A stretch of 62,987 nucleotides of DNA, the filler included, from Sluysia triapertura (taxonomy: Eukaryota): assembly GCA_046118255.1 (NCBI GenBank). It is 5 parts of 5 records of this genome, joined end to end, with 100 filler letters (N's around TTAATTAATTAA, not from the genome) between each part and the next. Parts side by side here need not be neighbours in the genome. Positions count along the whole stretch, not along the records: positions 12,234 to 24,067 come from JBJNIA010165925.1; positions 24,168 to 34,976 come from JBJNIA010193161.1; 3 more parts are not named here. The stretch is one strand, 5' to 3'. The notes beneath the pieces are model-generated. The model searched no databases, was not told the origin of the DNA, and worked only from the letters and a program-made list of their open reading frames with translations. Positions 13,936 to 26,386 of the stretch are shown one piece after another. Every line of letters begins with the position of its first letter. Position 1 is the stretch's first letter. A program made the translations under genes and the position numbers.

Positions 13936-14837
13936 TATAATATTGAAAGATGCAAAGTTGAATAAGTAACGAAGCACTTTCTCAAGAGTTAAAATAATAT
14001 ATTAAATAGATCTCCATTGGTTATAAATTATTTTTCTAAAAATCCTACGGTTTAGCCGTAACAGGTAAGACTAGGATCGTAGGTGGACTCATTAATATTG
14101 AGCATTTTATTGTAAATCTTATTTCAACAATATTATGTAATCTTTTAAATTTAATTTGTAAATCATTTTATAAATGTTTGTTTGTAATATTTATGTATAT
14201 TTTGCAACGGCTTCTTTTAGAGGAAACCAGCTGAAAACTATTAAATCGTAACTATTCATCTTCTATCTCTGTTCCCATGCAGTCGTAAGTTTTAACTTGT
14301 AAGGGATTCCCTTCGATGAACGTTGAGTCAAAATCCTACTTAAAATCTTAGATTTACCAACAAAGAATTAATCCTATAAAATGACACTAAAATTAAAAAA
14401 ATTAATGTTAAATTAGCATTGTTATATATATTAATTTATACTCTGCTCGTTGTTAAAAGTTTAAGTTCATTTTTGTAAATAAATTTTAAGGAATTGTTTG
14501 TCGTTTATTACTTGAAGAGATAACCATTGTAGAAGTTAATAATTAGAGAAATTAGTAGTTCCGTGTAAAGTTCATTTTGACAAATGAAGAGGAAAAATAA
14601 CGTCTTTTTCACGCAGACTTTCCAGTTTTTTTCAGTATAAAACCTGTAGCTGTATCTTCTGCATGATATAAATCTCAGACTATATCCGTAATTTATTAAA
14701 TTCATACGTGTTGGGAAAAAACCAACATTTCCTATTCAATTTCAGTCACTTATTCAAATTACAAAAATATGTACTAAAAAACTTTAGACATCATAATGTG
14801 ATTCAAAATAACAAATCACTTAATTTTAAAAAAAACT

Positions 14838-14968
14838 TGTTGAGATACGATTAAAAATTAAAATGAACTGACCGTGGATCGAACTCGGGGCCTCTACCTG
14901 CGCAGTTCGATGTTCTACCACTGGGCTATCAGCCCTATCATGGTACTTTAGGCCTTTTAACACCAACA
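14838..14968 (-). repeat. tRNA-containing mini-element, copy 1 (degenerate)
   Basis: Minus strand GGGCTGATAGCCCAGTGGTAGAAC...GAGTTCGATCC..GGTCAGTTCA, with the shared flank ggtactttaggcctttta. Confidence 0.75.
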
Positions 14969-15429
14969 ACAATAATATATAATATTTAAAATATTTATTT
15001 AATATTTATTTGACTTATACATTAAATAACAAAGAAATTTTAGAAAACATTTTAATCGACAAAAGAGTAAAAATATATCAAAATAGTTTGATAAGGAAAT
15101 TAATGCACAGTCTTGAATTTTACAAAAACTTGATTATTCTATGCTTTTTTATGAAAGTTTATCCCATAATATAACGATATTACGCACTTTAGTATAAAAA
15201 ACATGAAAACAGGGAGTTTTGGTGAATTTTCTTTAATCTTTAAAATGTACATGTAGAAAGAGTTTGTAAACTCAAAAAAGTTATCTAAATAAAACAAACA
15301 TTATCAGCTAAATTTGTTTATAACATTTTAATGTTTAAATTTTTGTTAGTTCGGGTAGGAAAAGGTTAATTTAGTTTAGATTTTTATGTTTAATTTTAAA
15401 ATATTAAAATATTTTAATGTTCGAAATAC

Positions 15430-16040
15430 GTATGGCATCAGCAGTCAAAAGCTTAATAATTATTCATCTATTTTTGTACATCTAAAATGTGGTAATTTCA
15501 AGATGGGATGATTCATCAACTGTTAGGAATTTTTCAGAGATCTTTATAACATATCAAATATAACTTTCATTTGATATCAAACCATGTATTTCTAGAAGGA
15601 TAAACTTTCTTGAGCGAAAAAAATGATTAAAAAATTAGAAAAACACTCAATTAGTATAAATTTTTTTACTATAGTCTGGATCTTTCTCTTTCAATACATA
15701 ATTCCTTTAAAATATATGGAATTCGGTAAATATTATGGACTTAAGATTTAATTAGAAAGGTTTTTGGAATGTTTGGTAGCAAAGAGAAATACTGAGAAGA
15801 AAATCATTTAGCTTGAGTGGTGCACATTTTTCTTCATTCATTTACGTATTTCCCCTTACAAAAAGCCTCAAAAAAGTTTGTATTGTACAGAATGGAATTA
15901 AAAAAGAAAATAAAGAAGATTAGATATATGTATAATGAATGTAATGTTGGGTTATGTTGTGCAAGATAATTGTTAAAGTGGTTGTTTTTTTAATATGCGT
16001 GAATCCTTTACGATATTAGACTTAATCACTTAAGGGCTAA
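15430..16040 (+). mobile_element. Probable piggyBac 3'-end remnant
   Basis: Degenerate Cys-rich tail (RYMYNECNVGLCC) followed by an AAGGG-ctaa terminus-like sequence. Confidence 0.4.
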
Positions 16041-19000
16041 TACGTAAGTGACGTATAAAATAGTTATTTGGAGTTTTTATAAAGAGAACTAATGTAACGA
16101 TGTCAGATGTTTATTTTCTGTCCTATTGCAATGATAGGTTATAACTATATAATTTGCGTCAGATCTCAGAAGAGGAATATGCAATTGTTAGATTTTAATA
16201 TTACAACATTTAAATATCAAATATATTGGGGTAATTTTATGGCCACGGTAATAATAAATAATTCATAGAATAAGTAAGTAAAATATATTGACAATTTTAA
16301 ATACAATAAAATATGTTACAATATAATATTGATGTAATATTTATATGGAATTTGCAAAAATTATACTTTTAGTAATAATTCTGTCTTAATTCAATTTAGA
16401 TACAATTTGCACCAGCCCTTTAAATGGTCGAAGGAAAAATTATAAATGCTTTTAAGTAGATTTTTCGTCAATTAAAATTACACAATTTAAAATAAAATCG
16501 ACTAACGGAACTATTTATCAATTGGCATCTCGAAAAGTAATTGCGAATTAAAAATTTGTATTGTTGGCACTGCTATTAGTATTGCTATACTGTTGCGGTT
16601 GTCTGCCGTTGTTATACTGTTATGGTTGAGAATTTATGCATTTTTGATATTGCTTATATACAAAAATTTATGAAGGTCATATTTAGTTTATTATAACAAA
16701 ATTATTTTAAAAATGAAATTAATTAAATAGTTTGTAAATAGTTCCGTTTATTTTAATTTAGGATTGTACTTAAAATTTTTATATAAAATATACTAATTAT
16801 ATTTAAGATTTAATAAAAATATGCTAACATAAAATATAATAAATTGTTCCAATTATATTATTCAAATTATTCCAGTAAAATTAATATAAAATTATTCAAT
16901 ATAATGATTGTTTATTTACAATGTACAATGTTCAATGTTTGTTTATTTATTTTAATGATGATTGTTTCACTATATATCATAAGAAAAAACTGTTAGATGA
17001 CACTTTTGATATCTTGAAAAAATTGATTTTTAGAAAAAGCCTGCCCTAAAAGGATTTTAATAAGATGTAAATTTTAAAATAACTGCAAAATAGAAAAATC
17101 GTAAATAATAATGCGTAACCTAAACTAAAGCTTGCAAAAATAAGATTTAAGATAATATTTTAAAAATAAATTAAATACTTAAAATATTAATAAATTAATT
17201 TATTAATCATAAACTAAAAAATTAAATGTAACTTATTGGATTTCGTGTTAGCATATCCTTAATAAGAAGCATCTATCGGAAGGACTCCAAAATATTTCAG
17301 TAATCAAAGAAAATACACTTGAAAATGTATCATACGTAATTAACAAAAGGAAAATCTACGAATAAATGTTATTATAAAATCTATAATAAATGTTATTATA
17401 TGAATGAAAAACGAATGCTAGCGAATGCTAGCATACATCTGTAATACAAACTAAAAAGGCGAGTATGAATAAATTATATGCACACTACACAATCAAAATC
17501 TGCTTATTCAAAGATAAAAAAGAACTAAGGAATATTATTTAGAAAATGATCTAACCCAAGTAATACAATTAAGCTGCAGCTAAGATGTTACTGCAAAGAA
17601 ACATCTAAAAGTAAATTCTGGTTTAGTTTTCATTTAATTACAATTAAAATTCTTCATCACATATTTATCAATGATCACTGTAACGTATACCAAATATAAG
17701 ATGAATGTTAAAGTTCGCAACATGGCAGTCTTCATGTAAGTTTTTCAAGTTGCCTAATGAGATCGCTTCAAGATCATTTAAATCCATTAGGTTTATCACC
17801 GAAATACAAGATTTACTTCCTAGTTATTAACTATTTTCTTATAATAACCATTTCCTTTTGTTTATGGACCTTTTTCTGTATTTCCTAGACATTCTATATG
17901 CTATTATAATTGTTGACAAAGAAGATAAATGAATAAATGAAAATAATATTACAGAATAAAAGTACGATAGTGAGTTCATCTAGACTCATGGATCTAGACC
18001 GTTGGATTTTAAAGAAATAACATTATAAAGTTATTAGGGGTGAATGTCCAATTGGATTAAAGTTATTGTGCCAACAAATTGGATTAAATTTGAGGCACAG
18101 TTTGGTTGTTGCCAAATTTTATGCATTATTTTAGATCACAAAATTAGTAACACAATTTCAATTGGCCATTTTTACGTTACGGAACAATTTCTCCATTCAG
18201 CAGACAATAATTGATTCACAATTCAAAATCATTTTTAAAAATCTGTAACTTCATAACAATTGACTAATTATTTATGATATGTGTAACAATATATGTAACA
18301 ATATTCATAACATATTCATTTGATACTTATTTAAATGATTATTTAACTAATTTTAGTACATTATTATTGATTTTTCATATTTGTTTATATTTTATCATTA
18401 ATTTGGAATTTTAAAAGGTCAGATTAAAACAACAATAAATATGTTAACAAAAATGTGTTAACACAAAATAAAAAATTTTTATAAATCTTAATTTCTGTTA
18501 GAGAATCAATTATATTTGTTTCAATTTTGTTCAAAACATTCCACGGATCACATTAGGTTAATTTTTCATAAGGTAAGATATTCCTTGAATATCACAAGAA
18601 AAATCTAGTAAAAATCATTGTTTTTTAATTTGGATCCTATAAAGATCCGTAGGAAAATATTTCATAAATTCCGATTGTAAATAAACTAATTACATTTAGT
18701 TTTGTGTAAATTTTTATACTTATTATATTGTAACATATTATTCACGATAATTTTATCAATAAATTGTTAAATTGTTATTTAACTTTCCTTATTATAGTTT
18801 TAAAATCCTAAAATCAATTGATTAAAAAGTTTTCACACACTAGAAGTTAATTCTAGTTAGAAAATCCATTTTTTCTGATTCCACATAGCGGAATCCACGT
18901 AACCTTATAATTTAAATTTGATACATTTGATATATAATTAAATTTCTAAAACATTTACCTCCAGAATTTAAGGTGATAGGTAAAATCTCTATAATTTAAA

Positions 19001-20449
19001 ATCAAGCATCTTTTCTTACGTTAAAATCTAACGGCTGGCCCTCGCTGGTAAGTCCACGTTGGTGAACTCACGTTAATTTTAATTCGTTTTATTCTTTAAC
19101 AATAATTTCTAACAAATCGTAATGATGAAATTATAATCATTTTAATTTTATCAGCAACATTTTACTGTTAATCCAACTTTAAAGATACCTTTTATATTGA
19201 AAATAATGATGAACTCAAAACATACTCTTGACAATGGTCCTAATAAAGATTGTTCAATTGAGATTAATGTAAACGACGCAATGAAATTTATGTTAACAAT
19301 CAGTACTAATTTCTGAAGCAGAAGTATTACAGAATAAATTCAAAAGTACCTATTCATTTCTTACACTATGGTCATGAACTTGACAATCACAATGGCTTAG
19401 TGCGACCAATATCACTCAATTTAGAGTCACCGCATGAACCAATAAAACATATTCATTCAAATGGTAATAATTACAATACAAAAATATTAAGAATAACCAT
19501 AACAGTAATGGAAAATGATTATTATTATTATAAGTTATCATCAAGATTAGATACATTAATTTTCATAATTAATCATTTTCATTTTAGCGATGAGGTTCCA
19601 TACCTTATAGATGCTGGCAGAAATTTTAGATTCGATTTGACAAAATCAGTTACGAAATTTAGAATAAAATTTGATATCACTGACTTGCTTGATCTCCGAT
19701 TTTTAAAGAAAAATTTAACTTCATCTAAAAAAATGATGAAGATCCTAATTCTATCTAAACTTGTGATGAGATTATTATATTATATTAAATCTAATAAAAG
19801 TTTTTATAACAGGTTCGATGTCATTAATGCATTTGCGTTGTTAGTTTATCAAGGACCTTTAAATCTTAAATTTAATTTAAAGTCAAATATATTAGTAAGA
19901 TATATTAATATCTTCCAACACATTGTCATGATCCTTATAGATGTAATGTTTAAAGATCAATGTCATACTACTAAAACCACCGGCTTCTCAAACAACTAAT
20001 GGGCACGATATGTTACACTTATTTCATTGACAACGTATCGAATCAAGACTCTTAACGTTAGATATACAGATTTAATTTATGTACGATTTTTTTATTTTTT
20101 TTCTTATTTACTTGTAGACAATATTGATTCGTATATTAGTCAATGTAAAGCCCTGTCTGAGATATATTCAGCGACATGTCAATATTTTATGTTTACTAAA
20201 ATTTTAACATTAAACTTTTCAGTTATTATTTCATTAAATTTCAACTTCAATATATGTTGTTTACATTATCTTTTTTATTCGATTTTGAGTAAACATTACG
20301 TAAGCTATACAAATTATGAAAGAAATTTCAATAATTGTTTCTTAAATGTTAATAATTATAATTTTCACATTTTAAATAAAAGTAAACGATTTTATCACGA
20401 ATTAACATCAAGTACATCCTATTCTAATATTTTAACACCAAATAATTAA

Positions 20450-23400
20450 AATATCGTATTACCAAAAATATTTCGTCATACACTAATTTGTTAAACTGAA
20501 TTTCCAGATTGTTGTATTAACTTTCTTCACAACAATCTTTACATAGGAATTTACACATAGTGTTTTATGGAAACATTAAAAATCACCCTTATATCCTGCA
20601 AACCAATTTCACAATCATTATACCAATTTTTTAAATCTTGTTTTAAATTATCCGAATATCTTTTCTTAATGTAGATAGTCTTTGTAACCGATAAATGTCC
20701 TAATATTTCATTATGATATTCATATAAAATATTATCTTTCTGGTAAAACGATTAATAATTTCCCTTTTTTAAGATTTTAAAATATCATTTTGCGTGAGGT
20801 AATCTGGATTTTTCTTTGATTTTTGAATAATTTTTATCGTGTCTAATAATCTTCACCTTTTTATCTTTTTAAAGTTCCGTTACTAATGAATTTTTTCAAA
20901 TTGTGCTCCGAGAGTTACCAAAGCATCTGCTTTTTGTCTAATCTAGACTTTCCTTGACTATATTTTATTTTAAAGTCTAACCCTTGCAATAAAAAAGACC
21001 ATCTTATTAAGTGACTTGACGTATCCTTACACATCATAAGCCATTGCAATAGACGTTGATCTGTGAATAAATATATTTTTCTTGATTATATATAATGATG
21101 ATATTGTTTAATCACAGCAAATGCTAAAGCTTCTTTTTCAATGACTGAGTAATTGATTTCGTGCTGTTTAAGTGTTCTAAGAAATAACAATCCTTTTTAT
21201 CCTCATTTTCTTTTTCTCCTAATACTACAACTATCGTATAACCACTATTATGTGTCATAATAATAAAGGGAAAATTCTTATCTAGAAATCTTAAAATAGG
21301 ATAAGATATTAACTTTTGCTTCAGTTTTGAATGCTTCCTGTTGTTTCTTTCAAACGAATTTTCTATCATTTTTATCAATAAATGCTTGAAAAATTTTCTA
21401 TAATATCCTGTTAATAATCCTAACACTTACTTTATTAGGAATCTGAAAATCTATGATTTTTTATAATTTAAGTGATCTGGTTGAATTTCTATAGCTGAGA
21501 CAATATAACCTAAAAATGATACACTAGAATTAGCCCATTCACATTTAGATAATTCGATTTTTAGTCCTGAGAAATCCAATTGTTGCAATATTTGCTTTAT
21601 ATCGTTTAAATATTGTTCAACAGTTTTTGAATATATTAATTTCATCAATATATACCATAGCATGATTCACACACCATTGAAACATAGCAGGTTCTCGAAT
21701 AATCCATTATAAGTTATAAATGCTGTTTTTTATTTATCATTTACAGCAATTTGTATTTTCCAGTATTCTTTCTGTAAATCATTTGATGTAAAATATCTAA
21801 CCTTTTTGCCTATTCGTCGTTATGGAAAATTATCCTTTTTCTTGATGACATTAAGCTGTCCGTAATCTACACAAAAGCTAAATTTATCATCTTCCCTCTT
21901 AACCAATGAGAAAAACTGTTCCATAACACATTATTATCTTTCATTTGTTTAATTTGATTTTGAACTCCTTCTCGTAAAGCATAGATTAATCTATAAGGTT
22001 TCTCTTTAATTATGGTATTATCGTCTAAAAGAATGTAATGTTTAATTTACTAAAAAGTTTCTTTAACTATTCTTATTCATCGATAAATAATCTAAGCAAT
22101 GGTATTACTTATTTCATTTATTTTTTTCATTTTGTAAATATATTTCTATACATTAAAATGTGTATGTAATAGTGTACCTCTACATAATGTCACATTATTA
22201 TTTGAATAATTAGCCATTCACAATGGCATTTTACCGCAATAACATTTGTCAAAAAGTATAATCGTTTTAAACTAGAATTAGAACAATTTTAACAATGCTC
22301 ATAAAATTTATGACTAAAACTACGTTTTTTAAACATTATTATTAAATCTGTAAAGGATATAATGTGTCATTAATATCTTATTGTTACAGATTTTCGAATA
22401 ATCTCGAATCAAGAAATATTTCTAACAAATGACTTATAAAAGTTCTCTTCCAAGAAATTAATACAGCAGAAACTTTAATATATCAGTACCTTTATTTTAT
22501 TGCAGTCACAATTGCATTTTTTTGTAGAATGGGAACATGAAAAATATTCAAATGTTTATATTTTATTTTAAAAAAATTGAAACTGCTTAAAAGAAGTTTT
22601 AAATGAATAATGTCTTAAATAAGTTTTGTTATTAAAATTTACTTTTATCAATTTGTAATTAAGATTGAATGCTAAAAATGAAATAATAATACTAATAAAA
22701 TGAAAAATATGAGAAGCAATGAAGTTAAAGGTGTTAAGCGAAATTTCATTTAGTTTATTGTTATTTTTAATTTTTAAATACAAATTTAATGATTTTTGAT
22801 GTCATAAGTGCTTTAAATGTTATAAAAGTATGATTTTTCGAGTAGTGTGATGTATTAAAATTGTGTGTGATTATGTTGGTCACCACAGTAATGTAATAAT
22901 AAAAATTTAAGGACAAAACTTGTAGGCAAATGACGTAGGTTTATGAATAAACAAAGGAATGAAACACACATTACAGTCTTAGGTAATTCAAAGCTACATT
23001 ACGCCTCAATAATACCTACTTTACTCTTATCCTATAAGCTGTAACTTCTACGTATACTTCAGCTTTAGTTAAAAACTCAACACTATAATTGTCTCACTTA
23101 TATCATTGTCACTTTAGTGATAATGATTTAATATTTTGTATTAAAGGAATACTATGGAATACCCTTTTGATTTTGCTGAACTATTTGAAAATACTTTACT
23201 AGTTAATGATAATGTAAACAATGTGCTAAACTACTGGCATAATCTATCCATAAATTTATTTGGCCAAAATCCAAATCATAATATTTGGAATCTGAAACAA
23301 AAAAGTAACATCAAAAGTTGCTTCAAAATGTAAATTACAAGTATCAGCTATAGAAACAATATCAAAAAAGAGAAGATTAAATCAGGAAGTTGTAAGTCAT

Positions 23401-25437
23401 GTTAAAAAGTGCCCATTTAAATGCAGTAGAGTAAACAGTTCTATTAAATCCAATTACGAAAATTTCGTCATTGTCGTTAACACGTTCAATGTCAAGCGGT
23501 TCAATTGTGACCGGCGCAGCCAAGATTATTAGAAACACATAATTCGAGTAAATTTTGTAAATTCTGTTTTGAATATTATTTCATCAAAATATGCAATACA
23601 TACTGAGAAATTCATTTTAGGCAGTCGGGCAAGCCATATAAAATTAGCGTTGCATTCCACGTGTTAAAAGGTCTTAGATGCGCCCGCCATTAAAAATTGA
23701 AGCAATCATAAAACAACCACAACCAAATACCTCAATGCAAACATTGACACGAATAAATTAAATTATTAAAAACAACAATTCTAAAGAAAAAAGGATCTAA
23801 ACACTCATTAACAAAATCTCCAATAAAAAGCAAAATGTTTCCTTAACTGAGTGGAAAAAGTCAACACTGAAATGATATTAATAAAAATGATCATGTTAAT
23901 AATTACAATTATAATTATTTGTCAAATAATAAGGCCATGCATTAAAACTTATTCTAATTTAAAAAATCCCACAAAAAATAATTATTTAAGGTTTAAAAAT
24001 TTTATGAGAATGAAATTTGGTAAAAAAAAGTAAAAGAAATTATTGTCACAGTTTGTAGCATTATATANNNNNNNNNNNNNNNNNNNNNNNNNNNNNNNNN
24101 NNNNNNNNNNNTTAATTAATTAANNNNNNNNNNNNNNNNNNNNNNNNNNNNNNNNNNNNNNNNNNNNAATATTAAAACTTACCTTTCTTGATGGAGTTGG
24201 TCCCCTTAAATCCTACTTAAATCTTGATTAAAAGTGTCTGATTTTAATTTACTACAGTTTCGTGCGTAGTGTCCCTTCCTACTGCAGTTATGACAGGCAA
24301 TCTCTCCTTCTACGTTAGTTTTAGTTTTATTATCATATTTATGATTTCTTACTGGGCTCTTATTTCTATTTGTAAATTCTTCCTTATTCGGCCACCTTAG
24401 TGGATGTCTTTGCTCAAATTCTCTTGATTCATTGTAATTTCTTGCAAATCCTCTTGCTGTTCCTCTTCCTTGATTATAATCATTTCTTGTTGAGTTAAAA
24501 CTATTTCTCCTATAATTATTACTTCTAAAATTACTATTATTATTATTATTATCTGAAAAAGAGTTATCTTTAAACGTATCATCTCTTAAATTATATCCTG
24601 GACTTCCATCTCTCTTATCATCGTCGCTTACGTTGTTTCTTGCTTCCTTCTTAGATCTCTCTAATATTTTGACTATCGCCTTAAATGAATGATTGTCTAT
24701 TAAATTAACGTAAATAATTAACTCCGGACGAAGTCCGCTTTTAAATTTATCTTATTAGAGTCATTTCCTTCTATCCTCCGAAATCTTAGCTCGAGCTACT
24801 AAACTCTTGAGCGCACACGCACATTCGTATACAGTTTCGAGAGGTTTTTGTTTTCGGATATTCAGCATTCGTGTATAATATTTGCATATGTCGTCCAAAG
24901 CAATTTCTTCCGTGAAAGTGTTAACAAAAGTTCTCCAATTAGTTTTCTTACTACTGCCTACCTCCTTATATGTTTGAATAGCAACACCCGTAAGATAATT
25001 TTGGATTCTCTTAGTTTTCTCTAATTCTGACCAGCCATTAGCCTCTGTTATGCTGTCGTACTCAAAAACAATCGCGCAAATCCTCTTCGGCTCCGTTAAG
25101 CTTACGCATTTCTGGAAATACTACAGCAGGTTTCATATTTTGTGAAAACTGTTTCATGTATTCCTTAAATTCGTTCATCGGTACAGTCATTTTAATGTCT
25201 TCTAACACGACTTTTATTTCTTGTAATGGAAAGCTAATATTATCACTGTAATCTTCTTTAATCTCTATTTCAGAATCGTCTATGTTTAAAAAGTGTTTCT
25301 TAAAAATTCACTTATTACTTATATCAGTTACACTTAAATTACCGTTTAAAATGCTTATCTCTACTTACTTTCTTACTTAATACTAATAAACTTAAATATC
25401 AATAAATACCTCACGTTAGTCCCAATTCGCGTGCCCA
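20450..25437 (-). mobile_element. Ty3/Gypsy LTR retrotransposon, decayed (gag, RT, RNase H, integrase N-terminus), interrupted by unrelated DNA and a gap
   Basis: Gag FKSGLRPE and the CCHC knuckle CHNCSRKGHYARNC (~24250-24296). RT FCVDYGQLN and KCEWANSSVSFLGYIV. RNase H LISYPILRF..FII and KADAL. Integrase HNEILGHL..KT. Possible degenerate tRNA-Lys-like PBS TGGGCACGCGAATTGGGAC at 25437-25419. Confidence 0.9.
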
Positions 25438-25737
25438 AATTTTTCTTGGTGTTTTTCTTAATCTAAAAACCTAACCTACAGCAAAATAATTAATTATTCT
25501 GGGTCCCGTTTAAGTATACGACTTAATAATGGCGTACCTGTAAAATTAAGTGAAAACAATTATCAAAATTAATCGTACAAAAAAATACTTTGCCTGAACT
25601 TAAAAATAATGGGCAAAATCGTCGTTTATGTCAATTAACAATAAATAACTCAAAAACTAATTAAGACGAACGCTAGCTTATGGAATCTCTAAATTAATAT
25701 AAAAAATCAAATAAATAATGGTGGTATAAAAACGTAT

Positions 25738-25905
25738 TGTTAGACTTCGTAAAATGGACTGACCGGGTATCGAACCCGGGACCTTCGATGCGCAGGATGC
25801 GCAGTGCGAATGCTCTACCATTGAGCTATCAGCCCCGTCCAACAATTTCATTTTTAATATATTCAATTATACTACTTGGCACTTTTTAGGCCTTTTACCC
25901 CAGCA
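25738..25905 (-). repeat. tRNA-containing mini-element, copy 2 (best preserved; tRNA-like part 25835-25755)
   Basis: GGGCTGA/TCAGTCC acceptor stem with a G3.U70 pair, A box TAGCTCAATGG, B box GGTTCGATACC, then TTTT. The anticodon arm is disturbed by a TGCGCATC duplication, so it is probably not a functional tRNA. Confidence 0.8.
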
Positions 25906-26386
25906 TTACCTTTGCAATTAATATATTAGCATGGCGTTAGAAATGACTGAACTTTTCGTCCTATTTACGTATTCATTCACAAAAATTTGGTAAATGTTTC
26001 TAAAATATTGGTGTATAAATGTGAGGCACATTTTCTATTGCACCATTTTTTATTGCATGTTTCATATTCAACATGATAAAACAATACTAATTTTACCAAA
26101 ATTCGGCGGGATATATTTTAATTAAGTATCCCTTTTCTTTGATTTTGAATAATGAAACATTAAGACTTAGAGAGATTTAATTCATAAATTTAAAAACGTC
26201 GAACTTCTCCTCTAACGACAGAGACGTGTTAAATTCACAATTTCACAAATAACGAATTTTACGAATAATTTCAAAGTGAATAAGAATCATTTATTGTTGA
26301 TAAACAAACTAATTTTATAGTTTGACCAACTTATTTTCTTTCGAAGTATCTAACATTTATTACATAACAATGTGAGATAATTTCAG

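Noticed and set aside
14591-14690. TGA at Trp-expected positions suggesting an alternative genetic code
   Set aside because: Intact genes here use TGG for Trp and have no in-frame TGA; TGG>TGA decay in pseudogenes explains it.
16559-16680. NRAMP-like fragment (IVGTAISIAIL / GCLPL)
   Set aside because: Too short, and it needs a frameshift; may be a chance hydrophobic match.
19400-20449. Plus-strand ORFs of 199 and 140 aa
   Set aside because: No recognisable motifs, non-ATG starts, and a composition typical of AT-rich antisense frames.
25755-25835. Functional tRNA gene
   Set aside because: The anticodon arm is distorted by a duplication, and the sequence belongs to a dispersed repeat with degenerate copies.
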